Source of the DNA: Nitrospinaceae bacterium
Lineage (GTDB): Bacteria; Nitrospinota; Nitrospinia; Nitrospinales; Nitrospinaceae
DNA length: 64,000 nucleotides
Direction of reading: 5' to 3'
Assembly: GCA_965223665.1 (NCBI GenBank)
Contig: OZ245011.1
Span: forward strand, 1,408,001-1,472,000
Shown: positions 20,032 to 29,152 of the stretch, piece after piece
Numbering within the stretch: the stretch's first letter is position 1
Layout: every line of letters begins with the position of its first letter
Notes under the pieces: generated by a model
Told to the model about the DNA's origin: nothing
What the model saw: only the letters and a program-made list of their open reading frames with translations
Databases searched by the model: none
Program-made: the position numbers and the translations under genes

Positions 20032-21501
20032 ATGTCTACAAATGAAGAATTGGAAGCTTATTATCAAGGGATGGCAGACTATGAAGCGTCTTTAGCCGAA
20101 GAGGAAGGCACTGAAGAAGAACTCTCTGCTGAAGAAGAAGCCTACTACCAAGGGATGGCAGACTATGAAGCGTCTTTAGCCGAAGAGGAAGGCGCTGAGG
20201 AAGAACTCTCTGCTGAAGAGGAAGCCTATTACCAAGGGATGGCAGACTATGAAGCGTCTTTAGCCGAAGAGGAAGGCGCTGAGGAAGAACTCTCTGCTGA
20301 AGAGGAAGCCTATTACCAAGGGATGGCAGACTATGAAGCGTCTTTAGCCGAAGAGGAAGGTGCTGAGGAAGAACTCTCTGCTGAAGAGGAAGCCTACTAC
20401 CAAGGGATGACAGACTATGAAGCGTCTTTAGCCGAAGAGGAAGGCACTGAAGAAGAACTCTCTGCTGAAGAGGAAGCCTATTACCAAGGGATGGCAGACT
20501 ATGAAGCGTCTTTAGCCGAAGAGGAAGGTGCTGAAGAAGAACTCTCTGCTGAAGAAGAAGCCTACTACCAAGGGATGGCAGACTATGAAGCGTCTTTGGC
20601 CGAAGAGGAAGGTGCTGAAGAAAGTGAATTTTCACCTTTGAATGACCCAGCTGACGTGATAACTGGCCCTATAACTCGCCCAATCACAAGACCTTTAACG
20701 CGTCCGTTGACACGGCCAATCACAAGACCCATAACACGTCCGTTGACACGGCCAATCACAAGACCCATAACACGTCCGGTGACTCGACCGATCACAAGAC
20801 CTATAACACGTCCGGTAACTCGACCGATCACGAGACCCATAACGCGTCCGGTGACTCGACCGATCACGAGACCCATAACGCGTCCGGTGACTCGACCGAT
20901 CACAAGACCCATAACGCGTCCGGTAACTCGACCGATCACGAGACCCATAACGCGTCCGGTGACTCGACCGATCACAAGACCCATAACGCGTCCGGTGACT
21001 CGACCGATCACGAGACCCATAACCCGTCCGGTAACTCGACCGATCACGAGACCCATAACACGTCCGGTAACTCGACCGATCACGAGACCCATAACGCGTC
21101 CGGTAACTCGACCGATTACCAGACCCATAACGCGTCCGGTGACTCGACCGATTACCAGACCCATAACGCGTCCGGTGACTCGACCGATCACGAGACCCAT
21201 AACGCGTCCGGTGACTCGACCGATCACGAGACCCATAACGCGTCCGGTGACTCGACCGATCACAAGACCCATAACGCGTCCGGTAACTCGACCGATCACG
21301 AGACCCATAACGCGTCCGGTGACTCGACCGATCACAAGACCCATAACACGTCCGGTAACTCGACCGCTTACCAGGCCCGTAACACGTCCGGTGACTCGAC
21401 CGCTTACCAGGCCCGTAACACGTCCGGTAACTCGACCGCTTACCAGGCCTATTATTCGTCCTGCAACCCGACCTCTTACGAGACCGGTGGGACCTTTTTA
21501 G
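20032..21501 (+). CDS. Putative repetitive RiPP precursor: 7 acidic 28-aa repeats + 68 x-T-R-P-type tetrapeptides
   Basis: GGAGG RBS; repeats vary mostly at synonymous positions in this frame; directly upstream of rSAM and S8 protease genes. Confidence 0.8.
   Translation: MSTNEELEAYYQGMADYEASLAEEEGTEEELSAEEEAYYQGMADYEASLAEEEGAEEELSAEEEAYYQGMADYEASLAEEEGAEEELSAEEEAYYQGMADYEASLAEEEGAEEELSAEEEAYYQGMTDYEASLAEEEGTEEELSAEEEAYYQGMADYEASLAEEEGAEEELSAEEEAYYQGMADYEASLAEEEGAEESEFSPLNDPADVITGPITRPITRPLTRPLTRPITRPITRPLTRPITRPITRPVTRPITRPITRPVTRPITRPITRPVTRPITRPITRPVTRPITRPITRPVTRPITRPITRPVTRPITRPITRPVTRPITRPITRPVTRPITRPITRPVTRPITRPITRPVTRPITRPITRPVTRPITRPITRPVTRPITRPITRPVTRPITRPITRPVTRPITRPITRPVTRPITRPITRPVTRPITRPITRPVTRPLTRPVTRPVTRPLTRPVTRPVTRPLTRPIIRPATRPLTRPVGPF
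20056..20622 (+). repeat. 84-bp coding tandem repeat x7 (last copy partial), unit AYYQGMADYEASLAEEEG(A/T)EEELSAEEE
   Basis: Copies start at 20056, 20140, 20224, 20308, 20392, 20476 and 20560. Confidence 0.95.
20671..21486 (+). repeat. 12-bp coding tandem repeat x68 with 36-bp superstructure (ITRP-ITRP-VTRP)
   Basis: 816 bp = 68 tetrapeptides, nearly all (I/V/L)TRP, with IIRP and ATRP variants near the end. Confidence 0.95.
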
Positions 21502-21902
21502 GAAGGAAGTGAGTCTTTAAATCATAGCAACCAGGAGGTGGTACTTTTTAGAAATACAAATAGATAAGATGACTGAAGATCAGGTTTTCAACAAAACATT
21601 TATCAGTCTGAACTCTTGAGCGTATTTCAAAAGAAATGTAATTTTCCACATCCTTTGCTCAATAAGTTCTCTGGACCCAAAGCAGGACGCTTAGGTCCAG
21701 AGCCAAAGGCAAATATTTTTAATGTTGTCCGAGTTTTAACGATAGAAACTTTTGAACCGGAATCACAAGGCAAGCTTTTATGAACATAACATAGTTACGC
21801 TCTAATGGATTCAGCGTTTATTTTTCTATTTAAAAATACTTTGAGATTAAATAAAACACAATACATAAACTATGTTTAGATGGGTAGGAATCGAGGGGAA
21901 AA

Positions 21903-23756
21903 ATGGATAAGAATAAAGTTTTATTAATTAATATGCCGTTTTCTACTACAAAATGGCCCGTTGTAGGGATTAGCATTTTGAAAGGTCGGCTACTAGAAGA
22001 AGGCATTCCTTGCGACATAAAATATTTTAATTTTGATTTTGCAGAAATGATCGGAATCGATTTATATGAAGAAATCAGTTTAGTACCTCCACAGTTAATA
22101 GGGGAAAGACTGTTTGCACAAGATTTTTTCGGCAGTCAACTGGCCGACCAGGAGCATTATAAGGCGCATCTGCGAAAGGTTTACACGGGACCGGAAAGCT
22201 ACGTGGACAAAATCTTTGGAATTAATAAATTTATAAAACCCTTTTTAGACCGATGCATGCAAACCCTTCCATGGGAGTCCTATAAGATCATTGGCTTTAC
22301 CAGTATGTTTGAACAAAACTTATCTTCAATTTCACTTGCGAGCCGAATCAAAAAACAATATCCGGATAAAACGATTGTATTTGGTGGCGCCAATTGCAGC
22401 GATGAAATGGGAGAAGAGTTACATCGCTCCTTTCCCTTCATTGATATAATTTGCAATGGTGAAGCCGATTTTAGTTTTCCTGAGCTGGTGAAACGAATCC
22501 TAAGCCAAGAATCCTATGAAGAATTACCGGGAGTTATTTATCGTTCCAATGGGGAGTCTATAATAAATCCCGCTACCCCTATGGTTGATAATATGGACGC
22601 ATTGCCTTGCCCTAATTATGATGATTATTTTTCTCAAATGGAAAAATTTCCATTTTTACAGTGCGAAGAATTGCATATGGAAACCTCACGAGGTTGTTGG
22701 TGGGGAGCGAAACACCATTGCACATTTTGTGGATTAAATGCAGAAACCATGGGATTTCGGGCAAAAAGCAAAGACAATGTGATTGACCAAATCAAACAAC
22801 TGACTGAGAAGTATGCGAGCAAATATAATATTGGACGCATTTCCATGGTCGATAATATTCTAGACATGAGTTACTTTAAGGAATTGATTCCGGAACTTAA
22901 GAAAAAGAAGTTTAATACAGAGTTTTTCTACGAAGTGAAAGCCAACTTAAGTGAGCACCAAATCAAAATGATGAGTGAGGCCGGAATCACTTCAGTTCAA
23001 CCGGGAATTGAAAGTCTCAGTACCAACATTCTTGGTTTGATGAAGAAGGGAATCACCAGTTTGCAGAATATTCAGTTTCTAAAATATTGCAAACAATTCA
23101 ATGTTTACCCTACATGGAATATTATTTTTGGATTTCCGGGAGAGAAGCAAGTAGACTATCACCAAACGGTGGAAATGATATATAAAATCACCCATCTGGT
23201 TCCCACTGAAGCAGTCATTCCACTTTCTATGCAAAGGTTCAGCCCCTATTTTATGAACCCGGATCTCTATGGCATTACCAATTTAAGACCGGAAAAAGTT
23301 TATGGTTTAATTTATCCATTTAAAGAAGAACGCATTTCCAAATTAGCTTACTTTTTTGAGTATGAATGTGTTGATGATTTCAAACCTGTTAATAATAAAG
23401 ATGAATTGATGGAAGCTGTCGACTTTTGGCGGGATTGTTATAATAATGGCGAAGGGCTTTACTCAATGGAAATGGATCCGGCAAACATCCTGATTGAAGA
23501 CAGCCGAACGAATTCAAAAATATCGCAAATGATCTTAGATGATGAACAAAAAGCAGTATACGAATACTGCAATACGGTTCGCAGCTTTCCTGCCATTCTT
23601 AAATTTGTTCGAAAGGAATTTCCTAATGATCCGGTAAGAGCAAGGGATGTTAAAGATTTTCTGAACGAAATGGTTGAATTGGATTTAATGGTCAGCGAAG
23701 AGGATAAATATTTAAGCTTAGCCATTTCAAACCAGGAAGAAAGCCGAGCTGCATAA
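21903..23756 (+). CDS. Cobalamin-dependent radical SAM enzyme, RiPP-maturation C-methyltransferase type
   Basis: N-terminal LINMPF...P..G.S.LK; B12-binding region GFTSMFEQ...VFGGAN...GEAD; ETSRGCWWGAKHHCTFCGLN (Cx7Cx2C); VQPGIES; WNIIFGFPGE; RFSPYF; C-terminal PqqD/RRE-like winged helix. Confidence 0.9.
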   Translation: MDKNKVLLINMPFSTTKWPVVGISILKGRLLEEGIPCDIKYFNFDFAEMIGIDLYEEISLVPPQLIGERLFAQDFFGSQLADQEHYKAHLRKVYTGPESYVDKIFGINKFIKPFLDRCMQTLPWESYKIIGFTSMFEQNLSSISLASRIKKQYPDKTIVFGGANCSDEMGEELHRSFPFIDIICNGEADFSFPELVKRILSQESYEELPGVIYRSNGESIINPATPMVDNMDALPCPNYDDYFSQMEKFPFLQCEELHMETSRGCWWGAKHHCTFCGLNAETMGFRAKSKDNVIDQIKQLTEKYASKYNIGRISMVDNILDMSYFKELIPELKKKKFNTEFFYEVKANLSEHQIKMMSEAGITSVQPGIESLSTNILGLMKKGITSLQNIQFLKYCKQFNVYPTWNIIFGFPGEKQVDYHQTVEMIYKITHLVPTEAVIPLSMQRFSPYFMNPDLYGITNLRPEKVYGLIYPFKEERISKLAYFFEYECVDDFKPVNNKDELMEAVDFWRDCYNNGEGLYSMEMDPANILIEDSRTNSKISQMILDDEQKAVYEYCNTVRSFPAILKFVRKEFPNDPVRARDVKDFLNEMVELDLMVSEEDKYLSLAISNQEESRAA

Positions 23757-23796
23757 GATTAAGTTTATTTTTAGAGACAGTCATGGGAGAAAAAAG

Positions 23797-25338
23797 ATGA
23801 GTTCAAAAAAAAGATTTCTGATTGGACACCAAGGCAGTTCCGTGATGCCGGAAAGTTTAACCGAAAGTGTAGATAGTTTCGTCAATGAAAATAAAGATGT
23901 TAAATGCCTCCGCAAATTAAAATCCGGCCAGTGCATTATTGAAATGACTGAAGATCAAGCTGAGAAGCTAGCTCAACAACGCACAGATCTAATTATTGAG
24001 GAAGATCAAGAATTAGAAATGTTTTTCCCGATGCCAGGCCTTTCTCCTTTAGTGTCTGCAGACGAAGAGCTTTCTATTAAATTTAAAGTTGTAAACGAAA
24101 ATAAAAAACCCATCAGCGATGTCACCATTTTTTGTATGGGTAACCAAGTCACTTATAAAGGAAAGACAAATAAAAACGGTCTCGCCACTGTCAGGGTATT
24201 TGAATCGAATTTCAAACACATCATTGCTTCCCCCAGAGCGGATTATTGGTCGCAGGTACAATCTTCCGTAAAAGCTAAAAGCGACAAAGAAATTCAATTT
24301 CAGCTTAAAAAAATTCCAATCAGCGGTGATTATGACTGGGGTCATGTATTGTTGGGAGTAGATAAGGTGAAAGATTCCTTTACCGGAAAGGGTATTAAAG
24401 TAGCCGTTATTGACTCGGGCATTGTAGATCATGAAGATTTAAAAACTGCGGGTGGCTATAATACGTTAGACGGTCAGGACCCTAAAAAATGGGATCAGGA
24501 TGACAACGGCCATGGAACCCATTGCGCTGGAGTCATTGCTTCTCAACAAAATTCCTTGGGTGTGATAGGTGTGGCACCGGAAGCAGAAATATATTCATTG
24601 AAAGTATTTCCAGGGGGCCGATTCAGTGATCTTATGGAGGCCGTAGATTGGTGCATTGAAAATTATATCGATGTGATCAGCATGAGTTTAGGAAGCCGCG
24701 TTCCCTCGAATCTAATTGAGACGTCTCTAATAGAAGCTAATGCTCGAGGAATCACATGTATTGCCGCTGCAGGAAACAATTATGGCAAACCCGTATCCTT
24801 TCCTGCAAAATACGATCATGTCATTGCCGTAGCCGCTATGGGACAACTCGATACCTTTCCGGAAGACAGCGGTCACCAATTAAAAATCGGGAATCATTTT
24901 AGTCCTGATGGAAAATTATTTTCGGCAAACTTCACCAACGTAGGACATGAAATTGATGTATGTGCTCCCGGAGTAGCCATTCTCTCTTCTGTGCCGGGCG
25001 GGTATGCGTCTTGGGATGGAACCTCCATGGCCTGCCCCATTGTTTCAGGTTTGGTCGCCTTAATTCTAGAGGCGTATCCCGAAATCCGGACAGGAGATAG
25101 TCATCAACCTTATTTTGTCCGTGAAATTCTTAAAAGTACTGCAACGGATTTAGGGTTGCCTTTCAACAGGCAGGGAGCGGGTTTACCCAATGCGGAATTA
25201 GCCCTGGAAAATGCCATGCAACGGCTTAGTTATGAAGAAGAAATTGTAAAAGAAAATCGGGAGCGCTTGGAAGCCTTATTACAAATCGCGAATGAAAATG
25301 CCAAGAACATTAAAAGTGCCTTGGCTAAATTACCTTGA
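23797..25338 (+). CDS. S8 (subtilisin-like) serine peptidase, no signal peptide
   Basis: Catalytic triad VAVIDSG / NGHGTHCAG / GTSMACP; oxyanion AAAGN; N-terminal propeptide and beta-sandwich-like insert; C-terminal coiled coil. Confidence 0.92.
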   Translation: MSSKKRFLIGHQGSSVMPESLTESVDSFVNENKDVKCLRKLKSGQCIIEMTEDQAEKLAQQRTDLIIEEDQELEMFFPMPGLSPLVSADEELSIKFKVVNENKKPISDVTIFCMGNQVTYKGKTNKNGLATVRVFESNFKHIIASPRADYWSQVQSSVKAKSDKEIQFQLKKIPISGDYDWGHVLLGVDKVKDSFTGKGIKVAVIDSGIVDHEDLKTAGGYNTLDGQDPKKWDQDDNGHGTHCAGVIASQQNSLGVIGVAPEAEIYSLKVFPGGRFSDLMEAVDWCIENYIDVISMSLGSRVPSNLIETSLIEANARGITCIAAAGNNYGKPVSFPAKYDHVIAVAAMGQLDTFPEDSGHQLKIGNHFSPDGKLFSANFTNVGHEIDVCAPGVAILSSVPGGYASWDGTSMACPIVSGLVALILEAYPEIRTGDSHQPYFVREILKSTATDLGLPFNRQGAGLPNAELALENAMQRLSYEEEIVKENRERLEALLQIANENAKNIKSALAKLP

Positions 25339-25437
25339 GCGTGTAAAACCAGAAGACTCTATGCAATACAAATTTTTTCTCGATACTTTTTCTTTATATC
25401 GTTTTCCAACATCCAGTAACTGTCCTGGCAACAATGA

Positions 25438-26451
25438 CTAACCGTCCTTCGTCAGCACAATACGGTATTTGGCGTTGCCCTGGCGGAGGTGTTCCATGGC
25501 GTCGTTGACTTTGCTCAGGGGAAACTGTTCCGTCACCGGTTGGATGTTGTGCCGCGCCGAAAACTCCAGCATCTTCCTTATGGTATCGGGACTGCCCACC
25601 GGTGAACCGCTCGCCGAGTATTGATTGAACAGCATCGGAAACACATCAATATCCAGCGGATCCATCAGCGCGCCCAACACATGAAACCGTCCACGCGGTT
25701 TCAGCGTACTCATGTAAGCGTTCCAGTCCAATTTCACGTTGACTGTCGACAGCAAAATATCAAAACTTCGTGCCGCCGCTTTGATGGCTTCGACATCCCG
25801 CGAGTTAATCGTATCGTGCGCGCCCAGTTCCAAAGCTTCTTTCGTTTTCGCTTCGCTGGAAGTGAACGCGGTGACGTGACAGCCCCAGGCGTTGGCGAAC
25901 TTGAGCGCCATGTGGCCCAATCCGCCAATTCCAATGATACCGACATGATCGGTTGGGCTCACATCAAATTGCACCAGAGGATTGAACACGGTGATGCCGC
26001 CACAGAGCAACGGACCCGCCGACGCCGCATGCAATCCATCCGGAAGTTTAATCGCACTGGGTGCCTGCACTCGCACCGTATCGGCAAAGCCGCCATGCCG
26101 ACCGACAATGACTCCGGTGGCGGTGGCGCACATGTTATGATCGCCATTCATGCATTGTTCACACACCATACAATAGGCCGAATGCCAGCCGACGCCCACA
26201 TGGTCTCCGACGGCCAAATGCGTCACGTGTTCTCCCACTGCGGAAACGGTTCCGATGATCTCGTGTCCCGGAACAAAAGGAAACGTGGTAATGCCCCAAT
26301 CGTTTTGCAGCATGCTGAGGTCGCTGTGGCAGATTCCGCAGCTTTCGACGGCCACATCGACGTCAAATGGACCGATCGGTCCCAATTCATAGCCAAACGG
26401 TTTTAATTCTTTTCCCGCGGCTTCGGCGGCATAGGCGCGAACGGTCGTCAT
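25438..26451 (-). CDS. ahr: Zn-dependent NADPH aldehyde reductase / cinnamyl-alcohol dehydrogenase family
   Basis: CGICHSD, PGHE, structural Zn C..C..C...[20 protein letters not shown]. Confidence 0.85.
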   Translation of the reverse strand: MTTVRAYAAEAAGKELKPFGYELGPIGPFDVDVAVESCGICHSDLSMLQNDWGITTFPFVPGHEIIGTVSAVGEHVTHLAVGDHVGVGWHSAYCMVCEQCMNGDHNMCATATGVIVGRHGGFADTVRVQAPSAIKLPDGLHAASAGPLLCGGITVFNPLVQFDVSPTDHVGIIGIGGLGHMALKFANAWGCHVTAFTSSEAKTKEALELGAHDTINSRDVEAIKAAARSFDILLSTVNVKLDWNAYMSTLKPRGRFHVLGALMDPLDIDVFPMLFNQYSASGSPVGSPDTIRKMLEFSARHNIQPVTEQFPLSKVNDAMEHLRQGNAKYRIVLTKDG

Positions 26452-26502
26452 GATACTTTTTCCTTCCTGCGTTTTCGTCGTTTCATTTATTGGGTTAACA
26501 CC

Positions 26503-27030
26503 CTATTCGTAAGTTCCCCGGATCGGATAGTTATTTTCCTGAATCCATTCCACGGTTTCAACCACTTCAACCAGATCGGCCCTATGGAACGGTGTGTTGG
26601 AGATATCAATCAACTGAACGTTTCCTTCTGCGTTCACAGCAAACATGCCCGGCTCCGAAAAGGGTCGATCAGTTTCATCCGGAGAACGCGGATTGGATAT
26701 ATAGAGCCCTAACTCTTTCATTTGTTCAATCGAAAGATCAAAGGCCACGGGAAACGTAAGTCCATGGGCCTCGACCATTTTTAAAGCTTTGGGTTCAGGA
26801 TCGCCGGACACAGCGACCACTTCCGCATTAAATTTTAAAAATTGATCTTTCAGGCTTTCCAGTTTCGTTAAGTATTGTTTACAAATCGGGCAATGGAAAC
26901 CGCGGTATACAAAAACCAGTTGCCAGTTCCCTTCCGTTTCGGGTTTTCCCAAAGTCACCGAACCGCCTTTCACGAGCGGCAGGGTAAACTCAGGAAGTCG
27001 CCCTCCCGATGAAAGTTTTTGCGTCGCCAT
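26503..27030 (-). CDS. Peroxiredoxin-like AhpC/TSA family protein
   Basis: [12 protein letters not shown] redox motif; VVAVSGD; FSEPG.F. Confidence 0.85.
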   Translation of the reverse strand: MATQKLSSGGRLPEFTLPLVKGGSVTLGKPETEGNWQLVFVYRGFHCPICKQYLTKLESLKDQFLKFNAEVVAVSGDPEPKALKMVEAHGLTFPVAFDLSIEQMKELGLYISNPRSPDETDRPFSEPGMFAVNAEGNVQLIDISNTPFHRADLVEVVETVEWIQENNYPIRGTYE

Positions 27031-27209
27031 ACGTTCTCTCCATTAAGGGATCTCTCATTTGTCTCTGAAAAACTCTCATTTCATAAACTATCTACCGTTG
27101 GGTAGTGAATTATTCTCGATATTTTACCACACCTGATATTTATGGATTAGATCACCCGTATTGAAACCAAAGGCGGAGTGTTTTAATATATGCCAAACAA
27201 CAATTCCTT

Positions 27210-27941
27210 GTGATGATTCTAAAAAAAATTACAATTCAAATTCACGCCGCCATTTCCGTAGTGATCCTCTTATTCATGGTCTATGGTTGCGGTGAAGAAG
27301 CCAAGCACTCAACACCTATTAAAGTGGTCGCACGTCCTGGATCTGTCGCGGTTGTTCCCTTCAGGCAATCTGTCGAGGGTTCCCCAAAGCGCGCACTCAG
27401 CCTCGTTCCAGCGCACGCGTTGATTGACCCGAATTCGTTATATCAAGGCGCACGTGTTCTACAGTCTAATCTGAATTTACACAACAGTGGTGTGGTGCGC
27501 GGCCAACTTTTAATACTCGTGCCACCAACGGCGCAAGGCGATATCCCATTCTCTCTGTCGGCTTCCGGAGGTGGGCGGGGTCAGTCGGCGAGTGCGGTCT
27601 CCTTCAAAACCCAGCCGGTGAAAGTCACGCTAACTGTTAAAGGCGAACCGGTTTCCGAGAGTCCACCTTCTTTGGCAGGCGACTGGCAAAATAAAAATGA
27701 CACCTGGAATTTTTCTGCAGCTCCCGAACGAAAGTTAACCAAACGCTATGCCAGTGGAGAGGAAAAAGTCGAGGTGTATGACATCTATCCGGATAGCACC
27801 GGACGCTGGTTGTTGGTGTGCGTCAATCCAAAAGATGGAACTTACTGGGTAGAACTCGGCAAGGAGGGATCTCTCTCCGTGGCCCATCCCGGGAAAGCAT
27901 TTAAACCTTTCGCAACCATGACTCCCCTTCCTTCCAACTAG
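27210..27941 (+). CDS. Hypothetical lipoprotein
   Basis: Signal peptide with VYGC lipobox; no family recognised. Confidence 0.55.
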   Translation: MMILKKITIQIHAAISVVILLFMVYGCGEEAKHSTPIKVVARPGSVAVVPFRQSVEGSPKRALSLVPAHALIDPNSLYQGARVLQSNLNLHNSGVVRGQLLILVPPTAQGDIPFSLSASGGGRGQSASAVSFKTQPVKVTLTVKGEPVSESPPSLAGDWQNKNDTWNFSAAPERKLTKRYASGEEKVEVYDIYPDSTGRWLLVCVNPKDGTYWVELGKEGSLSVAHPGKAFKPFATMTPLPSN

Positions 27942-28013
27942 TATTATGGCTCTTAAATTTTTTCCTTAGAAACCCCTTAGCCAATACAATTGCTTAGGTT
28001 TACTCAATAGGCT

Positions 28014-28646
28014 TTATTCCTTTTTTGGAGCAAGCCTGTAAAGTTTTATTTTGTCTTCAGTTTTTGCAGATTGGGAATATTTTCTCAAGTAGTCATAGAC
28101 ATCTTTATTTTGACGACAACTTGACGAATAGGTCCACTCAATACAGTGACGACATGCTTTGTCATAATGCAAATAATTTGTAATTAACCTGTCAAGCGCC
28201 TCGGTATTACCAGTTGCTGAAAACCAGGCCCAGGTTGCGTCTACTTCGTAAGGTTCCACTATGGTTGGATTTATTGCATCTGAAAATTTTTCAAGGGCAG
28301 CTTTTTCAGTGAATGTCCCATCCTTACATTTGAAAAGGTAAGGTTTCATTTTTTCCAGAACAACCTTTTTTAGTTCCACTCCAATCGCTCCATAGAAACG
28401 TTCACAATCAAAATAGGATTCACGGCCAACAGGCACTAAGCTTAACAACACTTCACCAATGTAAAGTGATTTGGGTCTAGTCAAAAAGCCTAATTGCACC
28501 ATTTCAATGAGTAGATCTGTGATTTTTTCATCATCCACTTTATAAACAGCATGAGCCTGACTAAGAAGATTGTTTTTAGGGTTTGGATTGGGTTGGGACG
28601 CGCATCCGGAAATCAATATGACTAAAATTAAGAATATATGTATCAT
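28014..28646 (-). CDS. Hypothetical lipoprotein
   Basis: ISGC lipobox; Cys-containing; AT-rich. Confidence 0.6.
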   Translation of the reverse strand: MIHIFLILVILISGCASQPNPNPKNNLLSQAHAVYKVDDEKITDLLIEMVQLGFLTRPKSLYIGEVLLSLVPVGRESYFDCERFYGAIGVELKKVVLEKMKPYLFKCKDGTFTEKAALEKFSDAINPTIVEPYEVDATWAWFSATGNTEALDRLITNYLHYDKACRHCIEWTYSSSCRQNKDVYDYLRKYSQSAKTEDKIKLYRLAPKKE

Positions 28647-29152
28647 TTTAGAAAAATCACAGTCATTAAAAACAGGATTATTAAATTGAGAAGTCTCTAT
28701 ATTAACATTATTAGGATTATGAAACAGAAGGATCTAATCCGGTTATATTTTTTATCCCTGGCCCATCCAAAAATCCTTAAAATTAATCCACCTATTTTCC
28801 AAATTTCAGAATTTACCCAGAATACACAATTCGGTTTAAAAATTCTTGTTTGCCATACAACCAGTATTGTGTAAAATCAAAGTTTTTGAACACGATGACC
28901 TTGAGTCTACAATCTAAAGCGGACATTCTCATAAAGAGTAAAAGATGGCTGCCTCATTCAATTGCTAATTCCACCAGGGGGTAATGAAGACCTGTTTCCT
29001 TCCTGAAGCAAAATACCCAAGAGTCTGTCTTTAACCAAAAACTTAAAAACCGTATCGAAACGAGTGAATTGGTTTGAATCTCTGGAGAAGGGCGTCGTCG
29101 GCTCTATTCGCTTTGTGGCCTATGCCATGAGGCCTGGTATCCAAAAAATATT

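Larger units (their letters stand above)
19128..25437. mobile_element. Putative integrated island carrying the RiPP-like cluster
   Basis: Flanked by duplicated adh 3' ends; enzyme genes visibly AT-rich; lacks host dispersed repeats; no integrase or transposase inside. Confidence 0.55.

Noticed and set aside
20036-21344. Antisense ORFs 20036-20635 and 20583-21344 (MGLVIGRVTGRV repeats)
   Set aside because: Shadows of the repetitive plus-strand gene, which has the RBS, operon context and a motif shared with the upstream ORF
20056-21486. CRISPR array or non-coding satellite
   Set aside because: Units are contiguous with no unique spacers, lengths are multiples of 3 with synonymous variation in one frame, and no cas genes are present
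21502-21902. Additional small cluster gene between precursor and rSAM (AGGAGG near 21533)
   Set aside because: Plus-strand starts checked near this site close within about 10-16 codons; no convincing ORF seen
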